Translations under genes and position numbers: made by a program
NCBI GenBank assembly: GCA_963814585.1
Contig: CAWFDF010000014.1
Span: 256,001 to 320,000 of the forward strand
Reading direction: 5' to 3'
From: an uncultured delta proteobacterium
GTDB taxonomy: Bacteria; Myxococcota; Myxococcia; Myxococcales; Anaeromyxobacteraceae
DNA: 64,000 nucleotides
The notes under the pieces: model-generated
Seen by the model: the letters and a program-made list of their open reading frames with translations, nothing else
Databases searched by the model: none
What the model was told of the DNA's origin: nothing
Shown here: in pieces, positions 1-10,810 of the stretch
Layout of the letters: every line of letters begins with the position of its first letter
How positions within the stretch are numbered: position 1 is the first letter of the stretch

Positions 1-765
1 CCAGGTGCCGAGGAGCACCCGCAGCGCCAGCAGCAGCAGCAGCGTCACCACGCCGTTGAGCACCTGGAACCGCTGCAGCCCGAGCTGGGCGAAGTGCTCG
101 AAGGCGGCGTTCCCGGAGACCAGCAGCTGCACGCCGGGCTGGGCCTCGATCAGCTCGGCCCGGCAGCGCCGCTCCAGCGCGCCGATGGGGCGTGGGTCGA
201 AGCGGCCGAAGCGCGAGCCGCCCGGTGTGTCGCGGAAGACCAGCTCCACCAGCACGTCGCGCCCCGCTCGGTCGGTGAGGATCCCGGCCCAGGGGCTGGC
301 CGCCACGGCCCGCAACGCCTCCGGGGTGGCCGCCGGCATGATGGGGACGAGCCGCAGCCGGTCGTCGACCCGTGAGGGACGCAGCGCCTCGAAGGGCGAG
401 GTGATCCGCACCAGCTCGCTGTTGCGGCCCCGCTCCAGCTCGATCCAGGCCCGGATGGCCTCCAGCTCGGCGGCGGTGAAGGACGCCGCCCTCGGCGTGA
501 AGAAGAGCACCACGCCGTGGCCCGGGCCGAAGTCCCGCTCCATCTCCGCCTGCCAGCGGCTGGCGGGAAGATGGGCGTCGGCCATCTCCCGGATGGAGAG
601 GTGGACCTGGGTGCGCGACGCCTGGGTGGCCAGCGCCACCAGCAGGCCGGCGGCCAGGGCCAGCGTGAGGCGAGGCCGATGCAGGGCCGCCCGGTGCAGC
701 CGAAGCAGCGACCACGCCAGCGGGCGGAGCAGGCGGCGGCCGAGGATGGTGGCTCCGCTGCGCAC
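1..765 (-). CDS. MMPL/RND-family transporter, N-terminal part (runs off the window edge)
   Basis: Not in the ORF track. Manual translation from GTG at 765 (GGAG RBS at 771-774) is open to position 1. It shows one N-terminal TM helix, a soluble loop and then SGNAAFEHF...NGVVTLLLLLALRVLLGTW, the typical MMPL layout. Confidence 0.7.
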   Translation of the reverse strand, partial: MRSGATILGRRLLRPLAWSLLRLHRAALHRPRLTLALAAGLLVALATQASRTQVHLSIREMADAHLPASRWQAEMERDFGPGHGVVLFFTPRAASFTAAELEAIRAWIELERGRNSELVRITSPFEALRPSRVDDRLRLVPIMPAATPEALRAVAASPWAGILTDRAGRDVLVELVFRDTPGGSRFGRFDPRPIGALERRCRAELIEAQPGVQLLVSGNAAFEHFAQLGLQRFQVLNGVVTLLLLLALRVLLGTW

Positions 766-774
766 GCCTGCTCC

Positions 775-1605
775 TCACGCGCCGCGGCGCCGGGTCCCGG
801 CCAGCGACCCCCGATCGGCCACGGACGCGGGAGCGCTGCCGGGGGCCGATCCAGTGGACCGGCCGGGTCGTCGCCTCGTCAGGAACGCCGCCACCGCGTG
901 CCGGGCGAAGTCGCGCCAGCGGATCTCGGCGATGCAGGCCAGCTCCTGCCCGTCGCGCCAGCCGGGGTTGCGATCGAGGAAGAAGCGCACCCCCGGGTCG
1001 GCCAGCGCCTGCGCCGATGGCTCGGCCAGGCGGCCGCGCACCGCCCCGTGGCTCTCGCCGAAGTCGATGATGCCGCGGGCCGGGTCGAAGGCGCCGGGGT
1101 AGCGGGACGTGTAGTAGGCCTCCAGGACCCGCTGCAGGGACGGCGGCGTGGGGGCGTCGTGGCGCGGGAAGCCGCGCGGGAAGTGGTGGCTCAGGAGCAG
1201 GTAGGTCTTGAACCCCTTGCTGATGAGCATCCAGTACACGGGACCCAGCGGGTGGCGGAGCCGGGTGCGGAGCATGAGGAGGAAGAAGGCCCGCTGCAGC
1301 ACCCCCTTCCCCTGCCAGGACGCGTCCACCACGGTGTCACCGGAGAAGAGGCAGGTGGCTCCCGGGACCCCCGGCACCGGGCCGCGCCCGGCCGTGCTGA
1401 AGCCGACCAGCCGTCCCGGCCAGCGGCGTGGCCGGCCGGGCTCGGGCGCGAAGAAGAGCAGCGCGTGCGTCTTCTCCCGCAGGTCGGCGAGGAAGCGCTC
1501 GATCGTGACGTCGACGTAGGAGCGCTCGAAGAGGTCGAACATGCGCCGCGCGTCCAGCTCGTCGAGAGCCGGGACCGGCATCGTCCTGGAGACGACGTGG
1601 GGCAT
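775..1605 (-). CDS. Hypothetical protein, probable GNAT-like fold
   Basis: ATG at 1605 with a GGGGAG RBS. LVGFS...LFSGDTVVDASWQGKG resembles GNAT motif A. Lies 10 bp upstream of the MMPL gene. Confidence 0.7.
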   Translation of the reverse strand: MPHVVSRTMPVPALDELDARRMFDLFERSYVDVTIERFLADLREKTHALLFFAPEPGRPRRWPGRLVGFSTAGRGPVPGVPGATCLFSGDTVVDASWQGKGVLQRAFFLLMLRTRLRHPLGPVYWMLISKGFKTYLLLSHHFPRGFPRHDAPTPPSLQRVLEAYYTSRYPGAFDPARGIIDFGESHGAVRGRLAEPSAQALADPGVRFFLDRNPGWRDGQELACIAEIRWRDFARHAVAAFLTRRRPGRSTGSAPGSAPASVADRGSLAGTRRRGA

Positions 1606-1703
1606 CCTGCTCCCCCGCCAGGGCCTCACCGCTCTCTGGCGACCGGGGGCATGATAGCCCGACCCGGGCTGGAGGTGGGGCGGGGTCCGGGAAAGGGGAG
1701 CCG

Positions 1704-3278
1704 GTGCAGGGCCTGTTCGCTCGGATCGCCGTGGCCAGCCAGCGCCCGGCCTGGCGCCGCTTCCGGCGCGCCCTCGACGACGTCGAGGGCGCGCAGCGCC
1801 GCTGCCTGGCCCGGCTGCTCCCCTCGGCGCTGGCCTTGAACCCCGGCGCCGCGGCGCGCCTCGGACCTGGGGCCTCCTGGGAGGAGGTGGGACGAAGGCT
1901 TCCGCTCACCACCTGGGAGGACCACGCCGGCTGGATCGGGGCGCTCCGGGCGGCGCCCCCCGGCCCGGCCGGACCACTTCGCTTCGAGCCCACCAGCGGC
2001 TCCACCGCGGCCCGAAAGTGGATCCCCTGCCCGCCCACCTTCCTCGCCGAGCTCGACGAGGCCGCCTCGGCCTGGATGGCCGGCGCCGCCGATGACCACC
2101 CGGGGATCCTGGGTGGACCGCACTACTGGTCGCTCTCCTGGCTTCCCGACGACCTGCGCGCCGCGGGCCAGGGGAGCGATGATCTCGCCCTGCTCCCGCC
2201 GCTGGCCCGGCTGGTGCTGCGGCGGCTCATGGCGGTGCCCGGCGCCATCGCCCGCCTGCCCAGCTCCGAGGAGGCGCTGGCGGCCACCCTGGTCCACCTG
2301 GCGGCGCGCCCCGACCTGGCGCTGGCCTCGGTCTGGAGCCCGACCTTCCTGCTGCGGCTGGTCGAGGCGCTGGCGGCGCGGCGCGAGCAGGTCGCGGCGG
2401 TGCTGGCGTCCGGGCGCTGGGAGGCCGGCGGGCTCACCATCCCCTGGGCGGCGCCGCGTGCTCCCTCGGCGGCGCGACGGCTGCGCGAGGCGGGCCGCCA
2501 GCCCGGCCCATCCCTGACCCGGGCGCTCTGGCCGCGGCTGGCGCTGATCAGCGCCTGGGACTCGGCCTCCTCCCGCCCTTACGCCGCGGCGCTCCGCGCC
2601 CTCGTCCCCCACGCCGCCTTCCAGCCCAAGGGGCTGTGGGCCACCGAGGGGGTGGTCTCCATCCCCTTCGCCGGCGAGCACCCGCTCGCCCTCACCAGCC
2701 ACGCGCTGGAGTTCCGCTGCCTGGCCAGCGGCGCGGTGCTGCCGCCCTGGAGGCTGGAGGCCGGGCAGGAGGTGCAGCCGGTGGTGAGTGGCGCCCACGG
2801 GTTGCTCCGCTACCAGCTGCCGGACCGGCTGCGGGTGTCCGGCTTCCTGCATCGCGCCCCCTGCGTGGAGTTCCTCGGGCGGCTCGGCGGCGTCGACCTG
2901 GTGGGCGAGAAGGTGGACGCCGTCCTGGCCCAGCAGGTGCTGGAGCTCCTGGCTGCCGAGGGGCTGGCCCGCCCCATCGCGCTGCTGGCCGGGCCGGTGG
3001 GCCAGGGTCTCCCCTGCTACCGGCTGCTGGCAGCCCCCGGGGAGCGCGGCGCGGCGCCGGAGGCGGTGGCCGGGCGGGCCGAGGCCCTGCTGCTGCGCCT
3101 GCACCACTACCGGCTGGCGCGCGAGCTGGGCCAGCTCGGTCCGGCCCGGGCCGAGGTGCGAGCCGACGCGCTCGAGGAGTACCATCGCCTGGTGGGCCGC
3201 CCGGCCGGAGCCGACGGGCAGGTGAAGGTCGAGCCGGTGGTGGCGCTGCCGGCGGCGAGGGGGGACGCGTGCGGTTGA
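1704..3278 (+). CDS. GH3 family (acyl acid-amido synthetase-like) adenylating enzyme
   Basis: GH3-type motifs: LPLTTWED, FEPTSGST, GLWATEG, GLLRYQLPD, EFLGR...DLVGEKV. Confidence 0.85.
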   Translation: MQGLFARIAVASQRPAWRRFRRALDDVEGAQRRCLARLLPSALALNPGAAARLGPGASWEEVGRRLPLTTWEDHAGWIGALRAAPPGPAGPLRFEPTSGSTAARKWIPCPPTFLAELDEAASAWMAGAADDHPGILGGPHYWSLSWLPDDLRAAGQGSDDLALLPPLARLVLRRLMAVPGAIARLPSSEEALAATLVHLAARPDLALASVWSPTFLLRLVEALAARREQVAAVLASGRWEAGGLTIPWAAPRAPSAARRLREAGRQPGPSLTRALWPRLALISAWDSASSRPYAAALRALVPHAAFQPKGLWATEGVVSIPFAGEHPLALTSHALEFRCLASGAVLPPWRLEAGQEVQPVVSGAHGLLRYQLPDRLRVSGFLHRAPCVEFLGRLGGVDLVGEKVDAVLAQQVLELLAAEGLARPIALLAGPVGQGLPCYRLLAAPGERGAAPEAVAGRAEALLLRLHHYRLARELGQLGPARAEVRADALEEYHRLVGRPAGADGQVKVEPVVALPAARGDACG

Positions 3279-4639
3279 CCCTGATCCACCCCTGCATCGG
3301 CCGGATCCCGGGACGCCGCTACATCCGCAGCTGGCAGATGGAGCCGCTGCCGGCCGCTCACCTGGCCGGGCTGACGCCGCCGGACGTGGCGATCTCCTTC
3401 TGGGACGACCGGATGGAGGCCATCCCCTACGACGCGCCCACCGACCTGGTGGCCGTGAGCGTCGAGACCTACACGGCGCGGCGCGCCTACGAGATCGCCA
3501 GCGAGTACCGGCGGCGAGGGGTGCCGGTGGTGATGGGCGGCTTCCACGCCACGCTGCAGCCCGGGGAGGTGGCCAGCTACGCCGAGGCGGTGGTGGTCGG
3601 CGAGGCCGAGGAGACCTGGCCGCGGCTGCTCGAGGACGCCCGCGCCGGGCGGCTGCAGCGCGAGTACCGGGCCGGCGCGCGGCCGGACATCTCACGCACC
3701 CTGCCCGACCGCCGCCTCTTCCGCGGCAAGCGCTACCTGCCGGTGGCGCTGGTCGAGGCGGGGCGCGGCTGCACGTTCCGCTGCGAGTTCTGCGCCATCC
3801 AGAGCGCCTTCGGCGCCACCCAGACCCGGCGTGGCGTCGAGACCATCGTCCGCGAGATCGCCGACATGCCCGATCGACGGCGACTCTTCTTCTTCGTCGA
3901 CGACAACGTGGTGGCCCACCCGCGCGAGGCCAAGGAGCTGTTCCAGGCGCTCATCCCGCTGCGCATCCGCTGGGTGGGCCAGGCCACCGTCACCATGGCC
4001 CAGGACGAGGAGCTGCTCGACCTGATGCGGCGCAGCGGTTGCCAGGGCGTGCTCATCGGCCTGGAGAGCCTCGACGCCCGCAACCTGGCCGACATGAACA
4101 AGTCCTTCAACGCCGATCGGCTGCCGCCGGCCCAGGTGGTGCGCCGGCTGCACGCCCATGGGCTGCGGGTCTACGCCACCTTCGTCTTCGGCTACGACCA
4201 CGACACCGCCGAGAGCTTCGAGGAGGCGATCGACTTCGCGGTGGGCGAGCGGATCTTCATGGTGGCCTTCAACCACCTGACGCCGTTCCCGGGCACGCCG
4301 CTCCACGACCGGCTGGAGCGCGAGGGGCGGCTGATCTACCCGCGCTGGTGGCTCGACCCCCGCTACCGCTATGGCCAGGTCCCCTTCCACACCGCCGTGC
4401 CGCCGGAGGAGATCGACCGCCGCTGCGTGGCGCTGCGCAAGCGCTTCTACTCGCCCGGCTCCATCCTGCGCCGGATGGGCAACCTGACCAACGTGGCCAG
4501 CGGGAAGATGCTGCACCACTACCTCTTCATCAACCTGCTGCTCCGCCGCGAGGCGGCGGAGCGCGAGCAGTACCCGCTGGGCGATCGGTCCTTCCGGGGA
4601 TCGCTCCTCCCGGTGGCCGGCGCCCCGGCCCTGGACTGA
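3269..4639 (+). CDS. B12-binding domain radical SAM protein
   Basis: GTG at 3269 overlaps the GH3 stop. B12-binding domain (VVMGGFHAT, VVVGEAE), CxxxCxxC (GCTFRCEFC), FVDDN, IGLES and TPFPGT motifs. Confidence 0.92.
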   Translation: MRLTLIHPCIGRIPGRRYIRSWQMEPLPAAHLAGLTPPDVAISFWDDRMEAIPYDAPTDLVAVSVETYTARRAYEIASEYRRRGVPVVMGGFHATLQPGEVASYAEAVVVGEAEETWPRLLEDARAGRLQREYRAGARPDISRTLPDRRLFRGKRYLPVALVEAGRGCTFRCEFCAIQSAFGATQTRRGVETIVREIADMPDRRRLFFFVDDNVVAHPREAKELFQALIPLRIRWVGQATVTMAQDEELLDLMRRSGCQGVLIGLESLDARNLADMNKSFNADRLPPAQVVRRLHAHGLRVYATFVFGYDHDTAESFEEAIDFAVGERIFMVAFNHLTPFPGTPLHDRLEREGRLIYPRWWLDPRYRYGQVPFHTAVPPEEIDRRCVALRKRFYSPGSILRRMGNLTNVASGKMLHHYLFINLLLRREAAEREQYPLGDRSFRGSLLPVAGAPALD

Positions 4640-4643
4640 TCGG

Positions 4644-5759
4644 GTGGCCGGGGTCGAGCTCTACCTGGCGGGACCCGCCGACGACGCCGGCCTGCGGGCG
4701 CTGCTGCGGGAGCTCTCCAGCGGCGGCGCCCTGCGCCTGGCGCTCTGGCACGAGCCGGACTACTTCGCGGCCATCGAGGTGGAGGGGCGCGATCCGGTCG
4801 TCGTCACCGGGCGCGGGCCGGACGGCCGCATCGTCGTGGTGGGGGTCACCACGTGGAGGGACGTCTACGTCAACGGCGCGCCGGCCACCGTCGGCTACCT
4901 GAGCGGCCTCCGGTTCCACCCGCGGCACCGAGGCCGCGGGATCATCCAGCGCGGCTTCGCCCTGGCCCACGGCGAGCACGCCAGGCGGCCGGCCCTGCTC
5001 TTCCTCTCCACCATCATCGAGGGCAACGCCCCGGGCCGGCGCGCCCTGGGCGGGCGGCGCCCCGGCCTGCCCCACTTCGCGCCGCGCGGTACGTACCTCA
5101 CGTTCACCTACGCGCCGCGCGGCGATCCCTGGCGGGCCCGTGCCGCCCGGGGCGTGGAGGTGGCGGCGGCGGACGGCGCCGACCTGGAGCCGCTGGCCGC
5201 CCTGTGGCGGGCCGAGGGGCCGCGGCGGCAGTTCTTCCCCGTCTACCGGGCCGACGACCTGCGCCGGGCCGACGGCCTGCTGCGCGGCCTCGCCCCCCGA
5301 GACGTGCTGGTGGCCCGGGAGGGCGGTCGGGTCGTCGGCACGCTCGGGCTCTGGGACCAGCGGCCGTTCCGGCAGTGGGTGGTGGCCGGCTACTCGCGCC
5401 CCCTGGCCGTGTCGAGGCCCTTCTACAACGCCTTCGCCGCCGTCACCCGGCGGCCGCCGCTCCCGCCCCCTGGCGGGATCCTCGACCTGCGGCTCGGGGC
5501 GCTCCTCTGCACCGAACGGGACCGACCGGAGGTGCTGGCTTCCCTGCTCTCGGCCGCCTGGCGAGCCCTGCAGGCGAGGGCCCCGGGAGCGCTCCTCTCC
5601 ATCGGCGTGCACGAGCGCGACCCGCTGCGCCCACTGCTCGGCGCAGCGCCGCACCGGCTGCTGCGCAGCCGGCTCTACGTCCCCCACTGGCCGGAGGGGA
5701 CCGCGGCCCACGCCGCGCTCGACGATCGCTGCCCCTTCCTCGAGCTGGGCTCGCTCTGA
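4644..5759 (+). CDS. GNAT-fold protein (probably two GNAT-like domains)
   Basis: VGYLSGLRFHPRHRGRG matches the acyl-CoA-binding motif A. Starts 4 bp after the radical SAM stop. Confidence 0.7.
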   Translation: MAGVELYLAGPADDAGLRALLRELSSGGALRLALWHEPDYFAAIEVEGRDPVVVTGRGPDGRIVVVGVTTWRDVYVNGAPATVGYLSGLRFHPRHRGRGIIQRGFALAHGEHARRPALLFLSTIIEGNAPGRRALGGRRPGLPHFAPRGTYLTFTYAPRGDPWRARAARGVEVAAADGADLEPLAALWRAEGPRRQFFPVYRADDLRRADGLLRGLAPRDVLVAREGGRVVGTLGLWDQRPFRQWVVAGYSRPLAVSRPFYNAFAAVTRRPPLPPPGGILDLRLGALLCTERDRPEVLASLLSAAWRALQARAPGALLSIGVHERDPLRPLLGAAPHRLLRSRLYVPHWPEGTAAHAALDDRCPFLELGSL

Positions 5760-5801
5760 CTTGACAATCGTTGCCCCTTCCTCGAGCTGGGCTCTCTCCG
5801 A
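5718..5801 (+). repeat. Imperfect 42-bp tandem duplication of the gene 3' end
   Basis: 5718-5759 versus 5760-5801: 37 of 42 bases identical, with a shared core tgccccttcctcgagctgggctc. Confidence 0.9.
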
Positions 5802-5819
5802 GCCTGGCGGGCCGGCGCC

Positions 5820-7271
5820 CTACCCGCAGGACGCGCCGCGCCCGGCCGGCGCGTCCGCGCCGACGAGGTGGACCCCGGCCGGAAGCACCTCGCCTGGCTC
5901 GGGCAGCGCGGGCGCCTCCTGCCCGGCGCCCACCGCCGCCGTCGGCCCCCCATCGCCGAGGAACCAGTCGCAGGTGTAGAAGCGCTGCAGGTTGCGGGCG
6001 TAGAAACGGTAGCCGAGGTTGGCAGCCAGCGAGACCTGGGGGGCCACCCGGGCCCGCCAAAGGCGCGAGGCGATGGCCGAGAGCGAGTAGGTGTGCCTCC
6101 AGGCCCACTCGTGACCCCGCTGCAGCGCCTCCGGCGTCATGTGGCGCGGGCGGAAGACCACGTGCTGCGCGTCGTAGAGCTCCCAGTTCCGGTGGAGGAT
6201 GCGCCCCTCGGCGTCCAGCCGGCGGTGCAGCGGCGTCCCCGGGAACGGCGTCACGATGGCGAAGCGCGGCAGGTCGATGGCCGCATCGACGGCGAAGCGG
6301 GCGGTCCTCTCGAAGACGTCGGGGGTGTCGCCGTCGAGGCCGAAGGCGAAGCAGCCCATCAACGAGATGCCGTGGCGGTGCAGATCGGCCACCATGGCCT
6401 TGTAGCGCTCCGGATCGTTGAACCCCTTCCGGGTCTGCCCCAGCGAGGCCTCGCAGAGCGACTCCAGCCCCATCAGCAGCCCGGCGCAGCCGCTGCGCGC
6501 AGCCAGCTCGAGCAGCTCGCGCTCCAGGGCGATGAGCGTGGTGGCCAGGCCGTACCAGCGGACCTTCAGCGGGATCAGCCCCTCGAAGAGGCGGGCCGCA
6601 TAGCGCGGATCGGACACGAGGTTGAGGTCGACGAAGAGCACCCGGCGGGCCCCGACCTGCCGGATGTCGGCGATCACGTCCTCGACCGGCTTCTGGTACT
6701 GCTTCCGCCCCCAGGCCGCCGGGGCCACGCAGAACTCGCAGTCATGGGCGCAGGAGCGGGTGGCCTCGAAGACCGCGCTGGTCAGGTAGCGGCCAGGATC
6801 GAGCAGCTCGCGCCGCGCGAAGGGCAGCCCGGCCAGGGAGAGGTCGACCCCCTGGAGGTAACGCCGCCGCAGCCGCCCGGCGCGGAAGTCGCGCAGCAGC
6901 TCCGGCCAGGTCTGCTCGGCGTAGCCCACCACCACGGCGTCGGCGTGGCCGGCCGCCTCGTCGGGGAGGAGCGTCGGGTGCGGCCCGCCCAGCACCGTCG
7001 TGACGCCGCGGGCCCGCAGCCGGTCGGCCAGCTGGTAGGCGCGCGGGGCGTTGCCGGTGATCAGGGTGATGCCCACCAGGTCGGCCTCGAGGCGATCCGG
7101 ATCGACCTCGGCGATCCCCTCGTCGACGATCTCCACCGAGGCCCGCAGCTCGGCCGGGACGTAGGCGGCCAGGGTGGTCAGGGTCAGCGGCGCGTAGCGC
7201 AGCGATCGCGGGAAGATGCCGCCGCGGTGGCGGTAGAGCGGCCCCTTGGGCGAGATCAGCGCGATGCGCAC
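5820..7271 (-). CDS. B12-binding domain radical SAM protein (second copy)
   Basis: GTG at 7271 with a GGAGG RBS. VLGGPHPT, SCAHDCEFC, MGLES and TPFPGT motifs. Confidence 0.92.
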   Translation of the reverse strand: MRIALISPKGPLYRHRGGIFPRSLRYAPLTLTTLAAYVPAELRASVEIVDEGIAEVDPDRLEADLVGITLITGNAPRAYQLADRLRARGVTTVLGGPHPTLLPDEAAGHADAVVVGYAEQTWPELLRDFRAGRLRRRYLQGVDLSLAGLPFARRELLDPGRYLTSAVFEATRSCAHDCEFCVAPAAWGRKQYQKPVEDVIADIRQVGARRVLFVDLNLVSDPRYAARLFEGLIPLKVRWYGLATTLIALERELLELAARSGCAGLLMGLESLCEASLGQTRKGFNDPERYKAMVADLHRHGISLMGCFAFGLDGDTPDVFERTARFAVDAAIDLPRFAIVTPFPGTPLHRRLDAEGRILHRNWELYDAQHVVFRPRHMTPEALQRGHEWAWRHTYSLSAIASRLWRARVAPQVSLAANLGYRFYARNLQRFYTCDWFLGDGGPTAAVGAGQEAPALPEPGEVLPAGVHLVGADAPAGRGASCG

Positions 7272-7419
7272 GGGCCCCTCCCTCCCGGACTCCACGCCCA
7301 GCATGGCACGGCCCGCGGCCGGGAGCGCCCCCTCGTCCGGGCTGCTCCCATCTGCCGCAGAGGCGGACGCCTGCGCCAGGCCCGTGGTGGTGGACCGGTC
7401 CGTCCGGGCCCTGGACGCC

Positions 7420-7872
7420 CTAGGTGTCCAGGCTCGCCAGCAGCACCTTGCGCATGCGGACGTGGGGGACGCCCTCCTCGAGGAAGGTCTCCCCCTCCTG
7501 CGTGTACCCGCGCCGCTCGAAGAACCTCACCGACGGGAGCTGGGCGTGCAGCACCACCTCGGCGATGCCGCGCAGCACCGCCATCCGCTCCAGGGCGTCC
7601 ATCACCAGCGCGCCGACGCCATGGCGACGGTGCTCGGCGGCGACCGCCATCCGGCCGATCTGGACCACGCGGTTGTCGCGCCGGACGAAGCGGCCCGTTC
7701 CGACGCAGCGCCCCTTCTCGTCGAAGGCCACCACGTGGTTGGCCTGGTGGTCGAGCGCGTCGCGGTCGAGGGGGCGCGGGACGTTCTGCTCGACCTCGAA
7801 GACCTGCTGCCGGAGGGCGTAGGCGGCCTCGCGATCGGCCTCGGTGGATGCGTAGCGGACGGAGTAGGTCAT
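7420..7872 (-). CDS. GNAT N-acetyltransferase (ElaA/YjcF-like)
   Basis: LRQQVFEVEQNVP, IGRMAV...RRHGVG and LHAQ...FFERRGY...FLEEGVPHVRM. Confidence 0.9.
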   Translation of the reverse strand: MTYSVRYASTEADREAAYALRQQVFEVEQNVPRPLDRDALDHQANHVVAFDEKGRCVGTGRFVRRDNRVVQIGRMAVAAEHRRHGVGALVMDALERMAVLRGIAEVVLHAQLPSVRFFERRGYTQEGETFLEEGVPHVRMRKVLLASLDT

Positions 7873-7981
7873 GCCCCATTCCTAACCGAACCGGGGCCGG
7901 CTCCGCCACCCGGCCATCGCCGGCGGGGTCGCCGCGGCCGGGAGGTTGCCTGCGGGCGGCCGCTGGGCTACCACCGCGGTC

Positions 7982-10288
<2,307 letters not shown>

Positions 10289-10314
10289 CGGCCGCCGTGG
10301 TCAGGGATCGGAGG

Positions 10315-10749
10315 ATGCTCGCCGTGAGACGAATCGCCTGCGTCGCCCTGCTCCTCGCCGCCGCTTGCGCCGGCCCGCGCGACGGAGTCCACGACCAGGA
10401 CCCGGGATCACCGCCGCCCCCGGTGGCCTACGAGGGCGACATCATCCGGCTGGGCGCCGGCAACCCGGGGTACCAGCGCCCGCGGCTGGAAGAGGACGAC
10501 TGCCTGCCCGGCGCGCTGCGCCGGGCCACCGGCGCCGCCGGCGTCGACAACAAGGTCAGGTTCGCGGTGCTGCGGGACGGCAGCCTGGTCCGGTTCTCGT
10601 ACCTGGCGCCGGTCACCCCGGAGCAGGCCCGCTCCATCGAGGCGGCCTTCGCGTCGTGCCGCTGGATCCCCGGCCTCGATCCGAAGGGTCAGCCGGTGGC
10701 GGTGTGGGTGATCCAGCCCATCAAGGTGGTGGGCGCCTCGAGCCCCTGA
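10315..10749 (+). CDS. Lipoprotein with a TonB C-terminal-like domain
   Basis: Lipobox LAAAC. VRFAVLRDGSL...CRWIPG...GQPVAVW resembles TonB_C. Start uncertain (10315 or 10324). Confidence 0.55.
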   Translation: MLAVRRIACVALLLAAACAGPRDGVHDQDPGSPPPPVAYEGDIIRLGAGNPGYQRPRLEEDDCLPGALRRATGAAGVDNKVRFAVLRDGSLVRFSYLAPVTPEQARSIEAAFASCRWIPGLDPKGQPVAVWVIQPIKVVGASSP

Positions 10750-10810
10750 CCGGCCCGGAGCGCCGGCGAGGTCGCGGCCCGCCCCCCCTTCCCGGCCAGG
10801 GCCACCCTCC

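Noticed and set aside
5757..5759. Selenocysteine or readthrough at the TGA before the duplicated segment
   Set aside because: The TGA does not align with a Cys position and I see no convincing SECIS. Simple duplication explains it.
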